Of a DNA stretch of 64,000 nt, positions 12,097 through 27,654 are shown piece by piece; positions within the stretch are counted from its first letter, which is position 1, and each line of letters begins with the position of its first letter. The DNA comes from Mytilus edulis (lineage: Eukaryota): positions 8,866,001 through 8,930,000 of the forward strand of contig NC_092355.1 in the NCBI RefSeq assembly GCF_963676685.1, read 5' to 3'. Under the pieces are notes generated by a model. It had not been told where the DNA came from and ran no database searches. It saw nothing but the letters and a program-made list of their open reading frames with translations. The position numbers were made by a program, and so were the translations under genes.

Positions 12097-15000
12097 TTCT
12101 AGTGTAACTACACACATATAAAATAGCTCATTCTAGTGTTCCAATATAAATTAAATATAACACATTATAGTGTAACCACATGCATTAAGCATAGCACACT
12201 CTAGTGTTACCACATGCATAGAACATAGCACATTCTAGTGTTACCACATGCATAGAACATAGCACACTCTAGTGTTACCACATGCATAGAACATATCACA
12301 TTCTAGTGTTACCACATGCATAGAACATAGCACACTCTAGTGTTACCACATGCATTGAACATAGCACACTCTAGTGTTACCACATGCATAGAACATATCA
12401 CATTCTAGTGTTACCACATGCATAGAACATATCACATTCTAGTGTTACCACATGCATAGAACATAGCACATTCTAGTGTTACCACATGCATAGAACATAG
12501 CACATTCTAGTGTTACCACATGCATAGAACATATCACATTCTAGTGTAACCTAATGCATTGAACATAGCACATTCTAGTGTAACCTAATGCATAGAACAT
12601 AGCACATTCTAGTGTAACCTAATGCATTGAACATAGCACACTCTAGTGTTACCACATGCATAGAACATATCACATTCTAGTGTAACCTAATGCATTGAAC
12701 ATAGCACACTCTAGTGTTACCACATGCATAGAACATAGCACATTCTAGTGTTACCACATGCATAGAACATAGCACATTCTAGTGTTACCACATGCATAGA
12801 ACATATCACATTCTAGTGTAACCTAATGCATTGAACATAGCACATTCTAGTGTAACCTAATGCATAGAACATAGCACATTCTAGTGTAACCTAATGCATT
12901 GAACATAGCACACTCTAGTGTTACCACATGCATAGAACATAGCACATTCTAGTGTTACCACATGCATAGAACATAGCACATTCTAGTGTAACCTAATGCA
13001 TTGAACATAGCACATTCTAGTGTAACCTAATGCATTGAACATAGCACACTCTAGTGTTACCACATGCATAGAACATAGCACATTCTAGTGTTACCACATG
13101 CATAGAACATAGCACATTCTAGTGTTACCACATGCATAGAACATATCACATTCTAGTGTAACCTAATGCATTGAACATATCACATTATAGTGTTACCACA
13201 TGCATAGAACATAGCACACTCTAGTGTTACCACATGCATAGAGCATAGCACACTCTAGTGTTACCACTTGCATAGAACATAGCACATTCTAGTGTTACCA
13301 CTTGCATAGAACATAGCACACTCTAGTGTTACCACTTGCATAGAACATAGCACATTCTAGTGTTACCACTTGCATAGAACATAGCACATTCTAGTGTTAC
13401 CACATGCATTAAGCATAGCACACTCTAGTGTTACCACTTGCATAGAACATAGCACATTCTAGTGTTACCACATGCATTAAGCATAGCACACTCTAGTGTT
13501 ACCACTTGCATAGAACATAGCACATTCTAGTGTTACCACATGCATAGAACATAGCACATTCTAGTGTTACCACATGCATAGAACATAGCACATTCTAGTG
13601 TTACCACATGCATAGAACATAGCAAACTCTAGTGTTACCACATGCATATAACATAGCACACTCTAGTGTTACCACATGCATAGAACATAGCACATTCTAG
13701 AGTTACCACATGCATAGAACATAGCACATTCTAGTGTTACCACATGCATAGAACATAGCACATTCTAGTGTTACCACATGCATAGAACAAAGCACATTCT
13801 AGTGTTACCACATGCATTAAGCATAGCACACTCTAGTGTTACCACTTGCATAGAACATAGCACATTCTAGTGTTACCACATGCATAGAACATAGCACATT
13901 CTAGTGTTACCACATGCATAGAACATAGCACATTCTAGTGTTACCACATGCATAGAACATAGCACACTCTAGTGTTACCACATGCATAGAACATAGCACA
14001 CTCTAGTGTTACCACATGCATAGAACATAGCACATTCTAGAGTTACCACATGCATAGAACATAGCACATTCTAGTGTTACCACATGCATAGAACATAGCA
14101 CATTCTAGTGTTACCACATGCATAGAACATAGCACATTCTAGTGTTACCACATGCATTAAGCATAGCACACTCTAGTGTTACCACTTGCATAGAACATAG
14201 CACATTCTAGTGTTACCACATGCATAGAACATAGCACATTCTAGTGTTACCACATGCATAGAACATAGCACATTCTAGTGTTACCACATGCATAGAACAT
14301 AGCACACTCTAGTGTTACCACATGCATAGAACATAGCACACTCTAGTGTTACCACATGCATAGAACATAGCACATTCTAGAGTTACCACATGCATAGAAC
14401 ATAGCACATTCTAGTGTTACCACATGCATAGAACATAGCACATTCTAGAGTTACCACATTCATTGAACATATCACATTCTAGTGTAACCTAATGCATTGA
14501 ACATATCACATTCTAGTGTTACCAGATGTATTGAATACAGCACATTCTAGTGTTAACACATTCATTGAACAAAGCACATTATATAGTTATGTAGTACATT
14601 CTAGTGTTACCAAATGCATATAACATAGCACATTCTAGTGTTATCACATGCATAGAACATAGCACATTCTAGTGTTACCACATGCATAGAACATAGCACA
14701 TTCTAGTGTTACCACATGCATAGAACATAGCACATTCTAGTGTTACCACATGCATAGAACATAGCACATTCTAGAGTTACCACATTCATTGAACATATCA
14801 CATTCTAGTGTAACCTAATGCATTGAACATATCACATTCTAGTGTTACCACTTGCATAGAACATAGCACACTCTAGTGTTACCACTTGCATAGAACATAG
14901 CACATTCTAGTGTTACCACTTGCATAGAACATAGCACATTCTAGTGTTACCACATGCATTAAGCATAGCACACTCTAGTGTTACCACTTGCATAGAACAT

Positions 15001-18000
15001 AGCACATTCTAGTGTTACCACATGTATTAAGCATAGCACACTCTAGTGTTACCACTTGCATAGAACATAGCACATTCTAGTGTTACCACATGCATAGAAC
15101 ATAGCACATTCTAGTGTTACCACATGCATAGAACATAGCACATTCTAGTGTTACCACATGCATAGAACATAGCACACTCTAGTGTTACCACATGCATAGA
15201 ACATAGCACACTCTAGTGTTACCACATGCATAGAACATAGCACATTCTAGAGTTACCACATGCATAGAACATAGCACATTCTAGTGTTACCACATGCATA
15301 GAACATAGCACATTCTAGTGTTACCACATGCATAGAACATAGCACATTCTAGTGTTACCACATGCATTAAGCATAGCACACTCTAGTGTTACCACTTGCA
15401 TAGAACATAGCACATTCTAGTGTTACCACATGCATAGAACATAGCACATTCTAGTGTTACCACATGCATAGAACATAGCACATTCTAGTGTTACCACATG
15501 CATAGAACATAGCACACTCTAGTGTTACCACATGCATAGAACATAGCACACTCTAGTGTTACCACATGCATAGAACATAGCACATTCTAGAGTTACCACA
15601 TGCATAGAACATAGCACATTCTAGTGTTACCACATGCATAGAACATAGCACATTCTAGTGTTACCACATGCATAGAACATAGCACATTCTAGTGTTACCA
15701 CATGCATTAAGCATAGCACACTCTAGTGTTACCACTTGCATAGAACATAGCACATTCTAGTGTTACCACATGCATAGAACATAGCACATTCTAGTGTTAC
15801 CACATGCATAGAACATAGCACATTCTAGTGTTACCACATGCATAGAACATAGCACACTCTAGTGTTACCACATGCATAGAACATAGCACACTCTAGTGTT
15901 ACCACATGCATAGAACATAGCACATTCTAGAGTTACCACATGCATAGAACATAGCACATTCTAGTGTTACCACATGCATAGAACATAGCACATTCTAGAG
16001 TTACCACATTCATTGAACATATCACATTCTAGTGTAACCTAATGCATTGAACATATCACATTCTAGTGTTACCAGATGTATTGAATACAGCACATTCTAG
16101 TGTTAACACATTCATTGAACAAAGCACATTATATAGTTATGTAGTACATTCTAGTGTTACCAAATGCATATAACATAGCACATTCTAGTGTTATCACATG
16201 CATAGAACATAGCACATTCTAGTGTTACCACATGCATAGAACATAGCACATTCTAGTGTTACCACATGCATAGAACATAGCACATTCTAGTGTTACCACA
16301 TGCATAGAACATAGCACATTCTAGAGTTACCACATTCATTGAACATATCACATTCTAGTGTAACCTAATGCATTGAACATATCACATTCTAGTGTTACCA
16401 GATGTATTGAATACAGCACATTCTAGTGTTAACACATTCATTGAACAAAGCACATTATATAGTTATGTAGTACATTCTAGTGTTACCAAATGCATATAAC
16501 ATAGCACATTCTAGTGTTATCACATGCATAGAACATAGCACATTCTAGTGTTACCTCATGCATAGAACATTGCACATTCTAGTGTTACCACATGCATTGA
16601 ACATATCACATTCTAGTGTTACCAGATGTATAGAACATACCATATTCTAGTGTTACCACATGCTTTGAACATAGCAAATTCTAGTGTTACCAGATGTATT
16701 GAACACAGCACATTCTACTGTTAACACTTTCACTGAACAAAGCACATTATATAGGTTCCACATGCATAGAACATAGCATATTCTAAAGTTGCAAAAGCAT
16801 TGAACATAACACATTCTAGTGTTACCACAAGCATTAAACATAAGCCGTTCTAGAGTTACCAAATGCATTAAACATTACACATTCTAGTCTTACCACGTGC
16901 ATCGAACATAGCACATTCCAGTGTTGCCACATTCGTAGAACACAGCACATTCTAGTGTTACCAAGTGCAATGAACATAGCAAATTCTAGTACTACAACAT
17001 TCATTGAACATAGCACATTCTAGTGTTACCACATGCATTGAACATAGCACATTCTTGTTACCGCATTCATTGAACATAACACATTCTTGTTAACACATGC
17101 ATTGAACATAGCACATTCAATTGTTACAACATTCATTGAACATAGCACATTTTAGTGTGTTCACATGCATTGAACATAGCACATAATAGTGTTACCACAT
17201 GCCTTGAACATATCACATTCAATTGATACCAAATGCATTAAACATATCACATTCTAGTATTACCATATGCATAGAATATAGGACACTCTAGTGTTACCAC
17301 ATGCCTTTAACATAACAAATTCCATTTTTACCACATCCATAGAATATAGCACTTTATTGTGTTACCTCATGTATAGAACATAGCATATTTTCGTGTTACC
17401 ACATGCCTAGAACACAGCTCATTCTAGTGTTACCACATGCAAAGAACATAGCACATTCTCGTGTTACCACATGCATTAAACATGGCACATTCTAGTGTTA
17501 CCACATGCATTGAACATAACATATTCTAGTATTACCACATGCCTTGAACATGGCACATTCTTTTTTAACCACATGCATAGAACATAGTACATTCAAGTGT
17601 TACCGCATACCTTTAACATATCACATACTATTTTAACCACATCCATAGAGCATATCACATTCTAATGTAACCACATGTATTAAACATAGCACATTCTTGT
17701 GTAACCACATGCATTGAACATAGCATATTGTATTTTTACCACATCCATTGTGAATAGCACATATTAGTGTTACTACATGCATTGAGCATAACACATTCTA
17801 ATGTGTATTCCATACAGCACATTCTAGTGTTACCACATGCATTGTGAATAGATCATTCAATTGTTAACACATGCATAGATTATATCACAGTATATTATTA
17901 CCACATACATTGAACATAGCACATTCTGTTACCACATGCAATGAACATAGCAAATTATAGTGTAACCACATCCATTGAACATAGCTCATTTAGTTGTTAC

Positions 18001-18325
18001 CACATGCAATGAACATAGCAAATTCTAGTGTAACCACATCCATTGAACATAGCTCATTTAAATGTTACCACATGCATTAAACATACCACATTCTAGTTTT
18101 ACCAAATGCATTGAACATATCAAATTTTAGTGTTACCACATGCATTTAACATAGCACATTCTGGTTTTACCAAATGCATTGAGCATAGCACATGTTCGTT
18201 ATACCACATGCATTAAACATAGTACACTCTTGTGTTACCCGTAGTCTTGAAAACAGTACCTTTTGGTGTTACCACATGCATTGAAAACAGTAAATTTTGG
18301 TGTTACCATATGCATTGAAAATAGT
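12097..18325. repeat. 34-bp satellite array (about 180 units) with higher-order structure
   Basis: Unit CTAGTGTTACCACATGCATAGAACATAGCACATT; homogeneous centre, diverged right end. Confidence 0.97.
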
Positions 18326-18329
18326 CTTT

Positions 18330-18585
18330 TATCATGCCATGTTCTGTTCAAATCCTGAAACCTTGTCATTTTGTGTGTTTTGTCGTGTCATGTTCCTTTC
18401 AAATCCAAGAACCTTGTCAGTGGATGTCTTTTTCCATGTCATGTGCTGTTCAAATATAGGAAACTTGTCAATGGATACCTTTTGTCATGTTCTGTACAAA
18501 TCCCGGAACCTTGTAATTTTGTGTGTTTTGTCATGTCATGTTCTATTCAAATCCAGGAACCTTGTCAACGGATGTCATTTGTGAT
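18330..18585. repeat. Degenerate ~45-50-bp tandem repeat
   Basis: Recurrent TGTTCAAATCC.GGAACCTTGTCA; related copy at 21690-21790. Confidence 0.6.
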
Positions 18586-18736
18586 GTCTCAAATTTTTTT
18601 TGTAATTTGAAGAATTTGGTTTTGCTGCAAATGACGAGCGGTTGATGTTTTTTTTTTATTATTCACAATTTTTTCTTCAAAAGAGTGGAAATGATTTATT
18701 ACCTGGTATATAGTACAGACAATTACACATTTGTGA

Positions 18737-21684
18737 AGAGTTGTCTCATCGATTGTTTTGTTATTGAGTTGTCTCATGGATGATTTTGTTATTGAGTTGT
18801 CTAATGGATTGTTTTGTTATTGAGTTGTCTCAAAAATTGAGTTGTCTCATTGATTGTTTTGTTATTGAGTTGTCTCATGGATTGTTTTGTTATTGAGTTA
18901 TCTAATGGATTGTTTTGTTATTGGGTTGTCTCATGGATTGTTTTGTTATTGAGTTGTCTCATTGATTGTTTTGTTATTGAGTTGTCTCATTGATTGTTTT
19001 GTTATTGAGTTGTCTCACGGATTGTTTGTTATTGAGTTTTCTGATGGATTGTTTTGTTATTGAGTTGTTTCATGGATTGTTTTGTTATTGAGTTGTCTAA
19101 TGGATTGTTTTGTTATTGGGTTGTCTCATGGATTGTTTTGTTATTGAGTTGTCTCAAAAATTGAGTTGTCTCATTGATTGTTTTGTTATTGAGTTGTCTC
19201 ATGGATTGTTTTGTTATTGGGTTGTCTCATGGATTGTTTTGTTATTGAGTTGTCTCATTGATTGTTTTGTTATTGAGTTGTCTCATGGATTGTTTTGTTA
19301 TTGAGTTGTCTCATTGATTGTTTTGTTATTGAGTTGTCTCATGGATTGTTTTGTTATTGAGTTTTCTGATTGATTGTTTTGTTATTGAGTTGTCTCATAG
19401 ATTGTTTTGTTATTGAGTTGTCTCATGGATTGTTTTGTGATTGAGTTCTCTCATGGATTGTTTTGTTATTGAGTTTTCTGATGGATTGTTTTGTTATTGA
19501 GTTTTCTCATGGATTGTTTTGTTATTGTGTTCTCTCATGGATTGTTTTGTTATTGAGTTTTCTCATGGATTGTTTTGTTATTGAGTTGTCTCATAGATTG
19601 TTCTGTTATTGAGTTCTTTCATGGATTGTTTTGTTATTGAGTTTTCTGATGGATTGTTTTGTTATTGAGTTGTCTCATAGATTGTTTTGTTATTGAGTTG
19701 TCTTATGGATTTTTTGTTATTGAGTTGTCTCATGGATTGTTTTGTTATTGAGTTGTCTAATGGATTGTTTTGCTATTGAGTTGTCTCATGGATTGTTTTG
19801 TTATTGAGTTGTCTCATGGATTGTTTTGTTATTGAGTTGTGTCATAGATTGTTTTGTTATTGAGTTTTCTGATGGATTGTTTTGTTATTGAGTTTTCTGA
19901 TGGATTGTTTTGTTATTGGGTTGTCTCATGGATTGTTTTGTTATTAGGTTGTCTCATTGATTGTTTTGTTATTGAGTTGTCTCATGGATTGTTTTGTTAT
20001 TGAGTTTTCTGATGGATTGTTTTGTTATTGAGTTGTTTCATGGATTGTTTTGTTATTGAGTTGTCTCAAAAAATTGAGTTGTCTCATTGATTGTTTTGTT
20101 ATTGAGTTGTCTCATGGATTGTTTTGTTATTGAGTTGTCTCATGGATTGTTTTGTTATTGAGTTATCTAATGGATTGTTTTGTTATTGGGTTGTCTCATG
20201 GATTGTTTTGTTATTGAGTTGTCTCATTGATTGTTTTGTTATTGAGTTGTCTCATTGATTGTTTTGTTATTGAGTTGTCTCACGGATTGTTTGTTATTGA
20301 GTTTTCTGATGGATTGTTTTGTTATTGAGTTGTTTCATGGATTGTTTTGTTATTTAGTTGTCTAATGGATTGTTTTGTTATTGGGTTGTCTCATGGATTG
20401 TTTTGTTATTGAGTTGTCTAAAAAATTGAGTTGTCTCATTGATTGTTTTGTTATTGAGTTGTCTCATGGATTGTTTTGTTATTGGGTTGTCTCATGGATT
20501 GTTTTGTTATTGAGTTGTCTCATTGATTGTTTTGTTATTGAGTTGTCCCATGGATTGTTTTGTTATTGAGTTGTCTCATGGATTGTTTTGTTATTGGGTT
20601 GTCTCATAGATTGTTTTGTTATTGAGTTGTCTCATTGATTGTTTTGTTATTGAGTTGTCTGAATGATTGTTTTGTTATTGAGTTGTCTCATGGATTGTTT
20701 TGTTATTGGTTTGTCTCATCGAATGTTTTGTTATTGAGTTGTCTCATTGATTGTTTTGTTATTGAGTTTTCTGATGGATTGTTGTGTTATTGAGTTGTCT
20801 CATGGATTGTTTTGTTAATGAGTTTTCTGATTGATTGTTTTGTTATTGAGTTGTCTCATGGATTGTTTTGTTATTGAGTTGTCTCATGGATTGTTTTGTT
20901 ATTGAGTTCTCTCATGGATTGTTTTGTTATTGAGTTTTCTGATGAATTGTTTTGTTATTGAGTTTTCTCATGGATTGTTTTGTTATTGTGTTGTCTCATG
21001 GATTGTCTTGTTATTGAGTTGTCTCATCGATTGTTTTGTTATTGAGTTGTCTAATGGATTGTTTTGTTATTGAGTTATCTCAAGAATTGTTTTGTTATTG
21101 AGTTGTCTCATGGATTGTTTCGTTATTGTGTTGTCTCATGGATTGTTTTGTTATTGTGTTGTCTCATGGATTGTTTTGTCTCATGGATTGTTTTGTTATT
21201 GAGTTGTCTCATGGATTGTTTTGTCTCATGGATTGTTTTGTTATTGAGTTGTCTCATGGATGGTTTTGTTATTGGGTTGTCTCATGGATTGTTTTGTAAT
21301 TGAGTTCTCTCGTGGATTGTTTTGTTATTGTGTTGTCTCATGGATTGTTTTGTTATTGGGTTGTCTCAAGAATTGTTTTGTTATTGAGTTGTCTCATGGA
21401 TTGTTTTGTTATTGAGTTGTCTCATGGATTGTTTTGTTATTGAGTTCTCTCGTGGATTGTTTTGTTATTGGGTTGTCTCATGAATTGTTTTGTTATTGTG
21501 TTGTCTCATGGATTGTTTTGTTATTGTGTTGTCTCATGGATTGTTTTGTCTCATGGATTGTTTTGTTATTGAGTTGTCTCATGGATGGTTTTGTTATTTG
21601 GTTGTATCATGGATTGTTTTGTTATTGAGTTGTCTCATGGATTGTTTTGTTATTGAGTTGTCTCATGGATTGTTTTGTTATTGA
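18737..21684. repeat. 28-bp satellite array (about 105 units)
   Basis: Unit ATGGATTGTTTTGTTATTGAGTTGTCTC, period 28. Confidence 0.97.
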
Positions 21685-22532
21685 ATTGTCATTTGTTATG
21701 TTCTGTTCAAATCTAGAAACCATGTCAGTGGGTGTCTTTTGTCATGTGTCATTCAAATCCAGACATCTTATCAGTTAATGTCTTTCGTCATATCTCAAAG
21801 AGTTTTGTTATTTGGAGAATTTGGTGTTGCTGCAAACTTATAGCATGTTAGATACTCAGTAGTACAGATAATTTTATATTTATGTAAACTTTAGTCTAGA
21901 CAAATTTCTTGTTATTTTGTTTTTAAGTTGTCTTTTCCATTTTAATAGAACGTTGCTTATACATTAATATTGCTGATTCGAAAATCAATATAAAACCAAG
22001 ACCTCCTTTTGAGGTAAAAGAGTAGAAATAGATTTCAAGAGCCGTTATTTTATTACAATCATTTTCGGCTAAAAGGGGAAAATGTATACAATGATACCCG
22101 ATGAAATGTGTGGGACGTTAAACAAATAACCCTGCAGTAAAACTATATCAATGAATAGAAATAAATTCAACTTATGAATAAAAACCAAAGTAAATATATA
22201 GAGATTAATACATGGCCTTTTCCATATCAGCCTGGGTATCATCCCGAGACCCCCATACCAGCCCGAGACGGAGTCGAGGTGCTGATATTGGTCGAGGGAT
22301 GATACCCAGGCTGATATGGAAAAGGCCATGCATTAATCGCTTTATCATATACTTCCGACCATAGTTTTATGAAAGGCAAATAAACTAATGCAATAACTAA
22401 AACAGTCAAACACTTTATAAAGAAAATTAAAATTATGAATCAAATATACTATAGTTGTCCAACAACAGCATAATTAACTCCTTATATATTTATGGTAACA
22501 TTTCCTATAGAGGCATTTTGAAACATTGAAAA

Positions 22533-25500
22533 GGAGAAGGGGCTATAAGGGGCAAAATTGGCCCCACTTCAGAATCTATTGATATTTCTTTCAATTGATC
22601 TCTATGATATGGAGCTTATAAAACACCAAAAATTTTATAGTTATCTCTTGCGGTTTCCTTTTTTTATATATTGTGTACATTTTACAATAGATTACACCTT
22701 AAATAATCAACGTGAATACATTATTACTAGTGAACCATTGTATTGTATTGAACCATTGTATTAATACAATGAAGAACAAAACTGATCTAAAGTTTAACTA
22801 TTTAATATCAATAAAATAGTTGCTATGGTAACAACAAGTTAACATTCGTTCTATGTATGACCAAATTATAGAAATTTTTCACCAGAGAAAATCTACAGTT
22901 ATTGTTTGTATAAAAAAGAAGATGTGGTATGATTGCCATTGAGACAACTGTCCACAAGAGACCAAAATAACACAGACATTAACAACTATAGGTCACCAAA
23001 CGGCCTCCAACAATTAGCAAAGTCCATACCGCATAGTCAGCTATAAAAGGCCCCGACAATGTAAAACAATGAAACGAGAAAACTAACGGCCTTATTTATT
23101 TTTCTTTTAACTTGAATATCCAAAAATGAGTTTGTGTGTACTTTAATGTATTCGGCTGATAAAAACACAAGAAGGTGGGACATATTACGTACTAGTATAC
23201 ATATAACATATGAATAAAGAACGCAATTTCATAAACTATACATTTCAACAATTACCAGCTCAACCTTAATAAAACTGAAATATTGTTAGCACATTTTTTT
23301 TATTTTTTGTTGTTAAACATGTTAAAGTGTCTTTACAATATCATGATAATGTGATTTTAAACGACAAATGTAAAAAAATACGAAACGATGAAAAACAATT
23401 GGATTTGATGGGACTCAAACATACACCACCATACCCAATGCGCAGCGTGTAGGCGAATTGAACCAAATTGACCCAACAACTATTTGAAGTTAATAACTTA
23501 TATTGATCATTTTGATTCATAAACAGTAGGAACCTTTTTTTCATTTCTTTACTTCTTATTCAACTAAATTGTTTATATCAATGATATGGCCATTTCATCA
23601 TTGTTGGTTATATCATGGTCCAAATTATTTTTGTTTTACCAAACAGACGTTAATAGTGCAAAATGGAAACTGATGTTTTCGTCTGGGGCGTGTTGTATTG
23701 GTCTCTTCTGCACATCTCCAGAATGTCTTCTGGTGAAGAGTAAAATAAAAAAAAAAAATTGACGTCGAATATAGCAGATTTTTGTTATGTTGGATGACAT
23801 AAATTAAGTTTTCGATGACTTTTTTTTTTTTTTTTTTTTTTTTTTAGAAAATTAAGATACGTCCCGTAGACATGCATGACTGTAAAAGTGTGCTCTGTTT
23901 GTTACAATTTTCTTTGTGCTTTCCTATATCTCAATTTTTCTAAACAACCCAGGCTTAATCTCCCGCTATTTGATTTTTAAGAATAATCTTAAACTGCACG
24001 AAAAATCGTCAATGTTTGTCTGGAATATGACTGATCAAAAAGTACATCTCAAACTATACATTTTTTTAAAAAGTAACCGAACTGGAATTTTTTGTATAAA
24101 GCTAAGATATCTGGAATTAAGTTCTAAATATCGTTTTTCTATGGTGCACATTGAAGAACATCTTCTGGTCCTAACTATTATTTCTAATGCACAATTCTGA
24201 TGGTCAAAACCTTCAGACTACCATTTGTCAACAACCTTCATTGTATATGGATCTATATGTAAGTATACAAGGTATACCAGACGCTTCTTAATAAATAAAT
24301 CAGTTGGCCCGAGAACACAGTTATTTCGTAGTGCATTTCTTTTAGACAATAAATTCAAATTAAAAAAATCGCACCTGCTCTTTCTCAAAAAGATTTTTAC
24401 AGTGTAGTGTACTACCAGTGAGACAAATAATATCAAAATTATAGAATCTTCTACCAGCTCTAACTCAAAATAATGACAATTCTGTGTTAAGGGGTGTAAA
24501 ATTCAGTTTGACAGCTTCAGACGTGATAAAATTTGATTTTTGAACTGGACCAAATCACTACTTAACATAAAGATTCAGCACCCAATTCTTTTTAACATGT
24601 AAATACATCCCCCTACTTAATATTTCATGCATTTAATATCAAGAAATAAATTGGGAAAGTGTATCAAATAAAACATGCAAGTTATACACTGTTTACACTA
24701 GGGACTATAGACAACAAAAAACAAAGGACGATAACTGTGTCCTTGGACCAGTTGGTTGTGTACTGATTGATACTTCATTCTTGGAGAACAAGATTTATCT
24801 CAGTACTAGTTGCAATTAGTTTTGAACACATTAACAGTAATTGCAAATACTCTTAATTCAATACTCTATTGTCTTATTTCTAGTTTGCTGGGTTTTTTTT
24901 GTGTTTGTCTCGACCGATATTTTGAGTTAATCTAATTGCAACTGATTTGTGCAGGTTGATTTTATATTGTACTGCTACACTACTGTTTCAGTTTCGCGGA
25001 GGGTTGAGGGTTCACAAACATGCTGCTGTGCTGTTAAACCACTGTACTAGGTTAGGGGATGGTTGGGATCCGCGGCTTACATGCTTATCCCCGCCAAATT
25101 ATGTATGTAAAAAACTATATGCTTGTCCCAAGTCAGGAGCGGCGAGGAGCCTGTAAGTCAGTGGTAATTGTTTATTGCTGTGTTACTTACTTGTTTTTCG
25201 TTCATTATTTTGAACATTAATTAGGCTGTTAGTTTTCTTCTAGTGATTTCGGGACCTTTTATAGCTGAGTATGTGAAATGTTGTCTCTTAGACACATTCC
25301 GCATGTCCTTTCTCAATTTTATTATGTTTATTGTTGAAGAGCATATGGTGATATATGGCTGTTAATTTCTGCGTCATTTAGTCTCTCGTGAGAAATTGTC
25401 TCATTGGCAATCATACCACATCTTCGTTTTAATATCAACCCCTGCCATATTCTTTATGAACCTGTCCCAAGTCAGGAGCCTGCAGTTTAGTGGTTGTCGT

Positions 25501-27654
25501 TGGTTCATGTCTCAAGTCATTTTACAGAGAGCCGTGGTGTAGTGGTTAGTGCATCGAACTACTAACACAAAGGTTCCTGGTTCGATTTCAGGGACTTAAT
25601 TTTCGGCTCTCCCTTGACACCATTTGCGAGTATGGTCTTGAGGAAACGATGAAAGTCCGTCGGACGGGGAAGATAAATGGCTGACCCATGTTATGAGAGA
25701 GCCATATCTCTTGCACGTTAAATACACCCTTGTAGATTTCGAAAAAGAGCAGGCTAATGCCGCTACAAGGCAGCACTCGCTCCCGCAAAGTAGAAAGGGA
25801 TTAATATAAGTTGCAAAAACTTGTTTCCCAATCCACTATAAATAAATATGTTTAAACTAAACTCATTTTCGATATTTTTTTAATTGATTTGTTATGTATA
25901 ATTAAACCGTTAGTTTATTCGTTTAAATAGTTTCACACTTTTCATGGACTTTTATAAACGGCTTAACAGTATCCGATTTTGTCATTATTGAAGGCCTTAT
26001 TACGGTTGCCTGTAATTGCTTACATCCACTTCATATTTGAACTCCGGTGGATAGTTGCCATATAATCAATAATCACACATCTCTTCGTTTTTATATTATA
26101 TATATATATTAGATCTGACGTTTAATCTCGTGTTTCCTGAATATGCATGAAATATGTGTCACTGTGCGTTTAAAAAATTAGCATCAATTTAAAGTTGTGT
26201 TAAATAAGAGAAAACCATCTGATATTTAATAACTTCGGTTGGGGTGGGGACAGGAGTATTTCGTATATGAATACGGTTGCCTGGCTGCTAAGAGTTGAAA
26301 AATAGGCATGTTTATCGACATATTAAAATAACTAATAATGCCCTCTTTCCTTCTTCAGACCTCATCTAATGATTTAAACTGACCACTAGCCAAATCATGA
26401 GTGTTGAAAGTAGAGTTTAACACCAATAAATCAAAATCCCTTCCCTAGAATTTCAAATAGTTGGCTCTTAACTGTAATTGTCCGTGTAGTTCTTATATTC
26501 ATCTAGCTTATCATCCTACAGAGATGTCCTACTAAGGCTGTCGTACCATAAAAACATGTATAACACAGATCACATTCTAATATATCGATCTACATTCATA
26601 ATAACATTGAGAAAGGAAAAGGGGAAAGTGTCAAAGCGACAACAACCCGACCATAGAGCAGACAACAGCCGAAGGCTCATAATCTAGTATAATATAAAGC
26701 ATAAACCTTAAGCACGGGGAGGCACACTTTTAAACAACGCCATTTTTGTTTTGTGCCTCTGCCGTCTAAACCACCTGTTTATAAGGAAGAGGTAGATGAG
26801 AGCCAGAAGATCTTCCCAATGCAAAACAAAAAAAAACCCAACAGAAATGGACCTCTTCTGGCTCACTACCAAAGAACAAAAAAACACTCCCCTGCTGTGC
26901 TGTGGAATTTTTTACGTGTTAAGTTATAATATATTAAAAGTTCTTTTAATTCTGTCTGTTAATATCAAGTATTTAACGAATGATACACTGATTTCTATTC
27001 CGCTATAAAAAGCTTCTTAACAACAGAAACCAGTAAAATTCCGTGTGTCAGTTCCGTAATCACTTACAATAAATAATAAAGATGACAAGGGCTAGGCTGT
27101 ACTTGAAAGGCTATGTTATACTTTAATATGAAGAAAAACACTTTATAATTCACTTTCTATAATGAAACTTTATCATTATCAACCATTGACAAATAATATG
27201 TTAAAAAAATACAACTGTTCCTGGTCAACCTTAGTCCGATAACGGTATATATGAAAAACGGACGAACAATTTTGGAACTTTGATGCCTGTTTTGAGCAAG
27301 TTTTTAATTAAAATTCAGTATGAGCGCAGCTTTGCCCCACTGAAATATTTCAACATAAGATGCTTTTTGTTGGTATTATTGCTCTGACAAAATATTTCGT
27401 TGGGGCAAGAATGCGCTGGTACTTTTTTTCGTAAAAAAAGTTAGTGAAAATGAGTAAAAAGTTGTGAAAAGCCAACAAATATGCACGTGAAGTGTTGTCA
27501 AAACACGGCATTATGACGTCATAACTACAAAAAAACATTTTTTTTTTAAAATGAATATGTCTAACGGAAAAAGAAAGCAATACACATACAAATAAGTAGA
27601 ATTTGAAAAATTCTCGAAATTGAGGCCAATTTTGCCCCTTATAGCCCCTTCTCC
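22533..27654. mobile_element. Nested non-autonomous TIR DNA transposon
   Basis: Perfect 31-bp inverted repeat GGAGAAGGGGCTATAAGGGGCAAAATTGGCC (22533-22563 / 27624-27654); no transposase ORF seen. Confidence 0.75.
25524..25862 (+). mobile_element. tRNA-derived SINE (Deu/Nin-domain-like)
   Basis: A box TGGTGTAGTGG (25535), B box GGTTCGATT (25579), central CTTGCACGTTAAA (25710), AAACT tail, 7-bp TSD TCATTTT (25517-25523 / 25863-25869). Confidence 0.8.

Noticed and set aside
12097-21684. CRISPR-like regular arrays and the ORFs inside them
   Set aside because: Head-to-tail satellites without unique spacers, no cas genes, eukaryotic context.
25529-25600. Possible tRNA gene
   Set aside because: No complete cloverleaf; it continues into a SINE body with tail and TSD.
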